Origin: the human T2T-CHM13v2.0 reference genome, Homo sapiens
Strand: one strand, 5' to 3'
Length of the DNA: 64,000 bases
Assembly: GCF_009914755.1 (NCBI RefSeq)
Contig: NC_060945.1
The notes under the pieces are model-generated. The model was not told the DNA's origin and did not search any database. It was given only the letters and a program-made list of their open reading frames with translations. Shown in pieces: positions 62,502-64,000 of this stretch (within the stretch, counting starts at the first letter, position 1; each line of letters starts with the position of its first letter). The translations under genes were made by a program, and so were the position numbers.

Positions 62502-64000
62502 CAATTATATACCTGAATAACAATGACATACTCGTTATAAGAAAACTCACCAATATGTGGCTTTAGGCACGGAATAGAGAGGCAAAGTTATTCGGATTTA
62601 ATCAGTACATGTCAAATCTTTGGAATATCCTTTCCTGTGCAATCCCCTCTCATCTGTTTAGAGACTCAAAGCAGCCCACGAAGTTTTTTGCATACTTTGC
62701 CTCAGAGTCCAGGATTGCTTATGAAATGTATTTGTGTGGTGGATGCGTCAGAGTCTTAGAGCCAACATAAGAGTCCAGAGACTGAGCTGTAAGCATGATA
62801 AAGCTGTCAATGACTGGCCCGTGGGAATGCTTGTTGAAGGCATATACACCTCCCTAATCATTTTCTTCAGTCTTTAATATGTAAGTGATACAGCTACCGT
62901 TATTTTTTTCCCTGCAGCAATTCAAGCATTGCACCCCGGATTAAATCATGTATCTCTAAATATGTTGTTTTAATTCTTTCAAGTAAAAATAATTCCACAC
63001 TGAAAATTGTCAGAAAGCCATTACATGAGTTAATATTAACTTTTATGTCTGCAAAGATGAGTTTGTTGCTTATTCATGGGCAAATACAAGAGGCAAGTCA
63101 GACAGAGGTTATTGTCTACCTTCTCTCTCTTCTGTCCTTTACCTTTATCTCATAAAAGCCACCTCAGGAGTGGGGCTTTTGGTGCAGCTGATGGTGGGAT
63201 AAGGCCGGGGAAGTCTGGATCTAGAACAAAGTGAACCAAGGGTGAGCCTTATTCTATGCCCCTCAAGGATGCAGTGCCCTGGAAGGAGACAGGTCTGACT
63301 GAACACACCTGGCTCAGGTAACTTCCTGGTGCCAGTTTTGCAGACAGGTGAAGGAGCAGTGTGACCCGGTAGTAGCTCCAGAGACAAGCAATCTAAGAAG
63401 TGCTAAATCTTCCCTAAAAGAACACAAGGAGCCTGCTCCTACCTTTAAAAGGAGAACTGAGGGCAGAGAGGGAGAGAAACTAAGTTATAATTTATAAATA
63501 AAGGTTTATAAACATTTAGGAAATGCAACTTCTTTCTTGGATCCTTTATTTATAAGTTCTGACTTAGTTTCTCTCCCTCTATGCCCGTGATTCTCCATTT
63601 AAGAAGTTTTATTTGCTAAATATTACTCTGTTGAAATGAAAGAAAAAAAATGAGGGGGTAGATATTTCTGATAAAAAGGCCAGGCGAGAAAGTTGAACTT
63701 GACAGGTGTAGCCTCTGGAACACGTCTCTGGATGAATTCAGATGATAGTAGGGGGATCTCCACTCATCGTAATGCAGCTGGAATACACATAGTGAATTCT
63801 GTCACATGCCCAGGGAGAATTTCAGTCAGAAACATCTGTGCTGTTTTCACAAGGGAAAGGTCAGAACTCCCTGAGTAGTTCATGTGTCTGCATTTCTTTT
63901 GATGGGCATTGTGCCTCAACTAGAGAAGAGATCAATAAGCCAATAGCCGCCACTATCCAATTTGAATCCAGAAGTTCACACAACCTAATTCCAGAATACA

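Noticed and set aside
60645-64000. KCNJ15 coding sequence
   Set aside because: No Kir-channel motifs (such as the TIGYG pore signature) in any listed ORF. The region reads as intron.

Overview
This is primate (very probably human) non-coding genomic DNA: CpG-depleted and rich in Alu, L1 and ERV repeats. Three recognisable sequences place it at chr21q22.13-22.2 in the DSCR10 to KCNJ15 interval. These are the DSCR10 87-aa ORF (12160-12423), a SPATA20 processed pseudogene (41515-42143, minus strand) and a probable non-coding 5' exon of KCNJ15 ending at 60644. The placement comes from recall, not a database search. No intact conserved protein-coding exon is present. The main contents are a full-length L1PB-type LINE with a 15-bp TSD and a nested MLT2A LTR, a tandem pair of decayed cTAGE/MIA2-like retrogenes, an internally deleted HERV3-like provirus inside an old L1M, several solo LTRs, DNA-transposon fossils, Alus and two long low-complexity tracts. 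I found no evidence of a new multi-gene system. The strongest lead is the cTAGE-like pair. Where the copies overlap their frame-disrupting lesions are all unshared, and the duplication predates the L1PB insertion. This suggests an old, once-coding tandem retrogene family lacking the proline-rich domain, with DSCR10 transcribed from the opposite strand of the spacer between the copies. Repeat subfamily names are from memory of consensus sequences and need RepeatMasker/Dfam confirmation.
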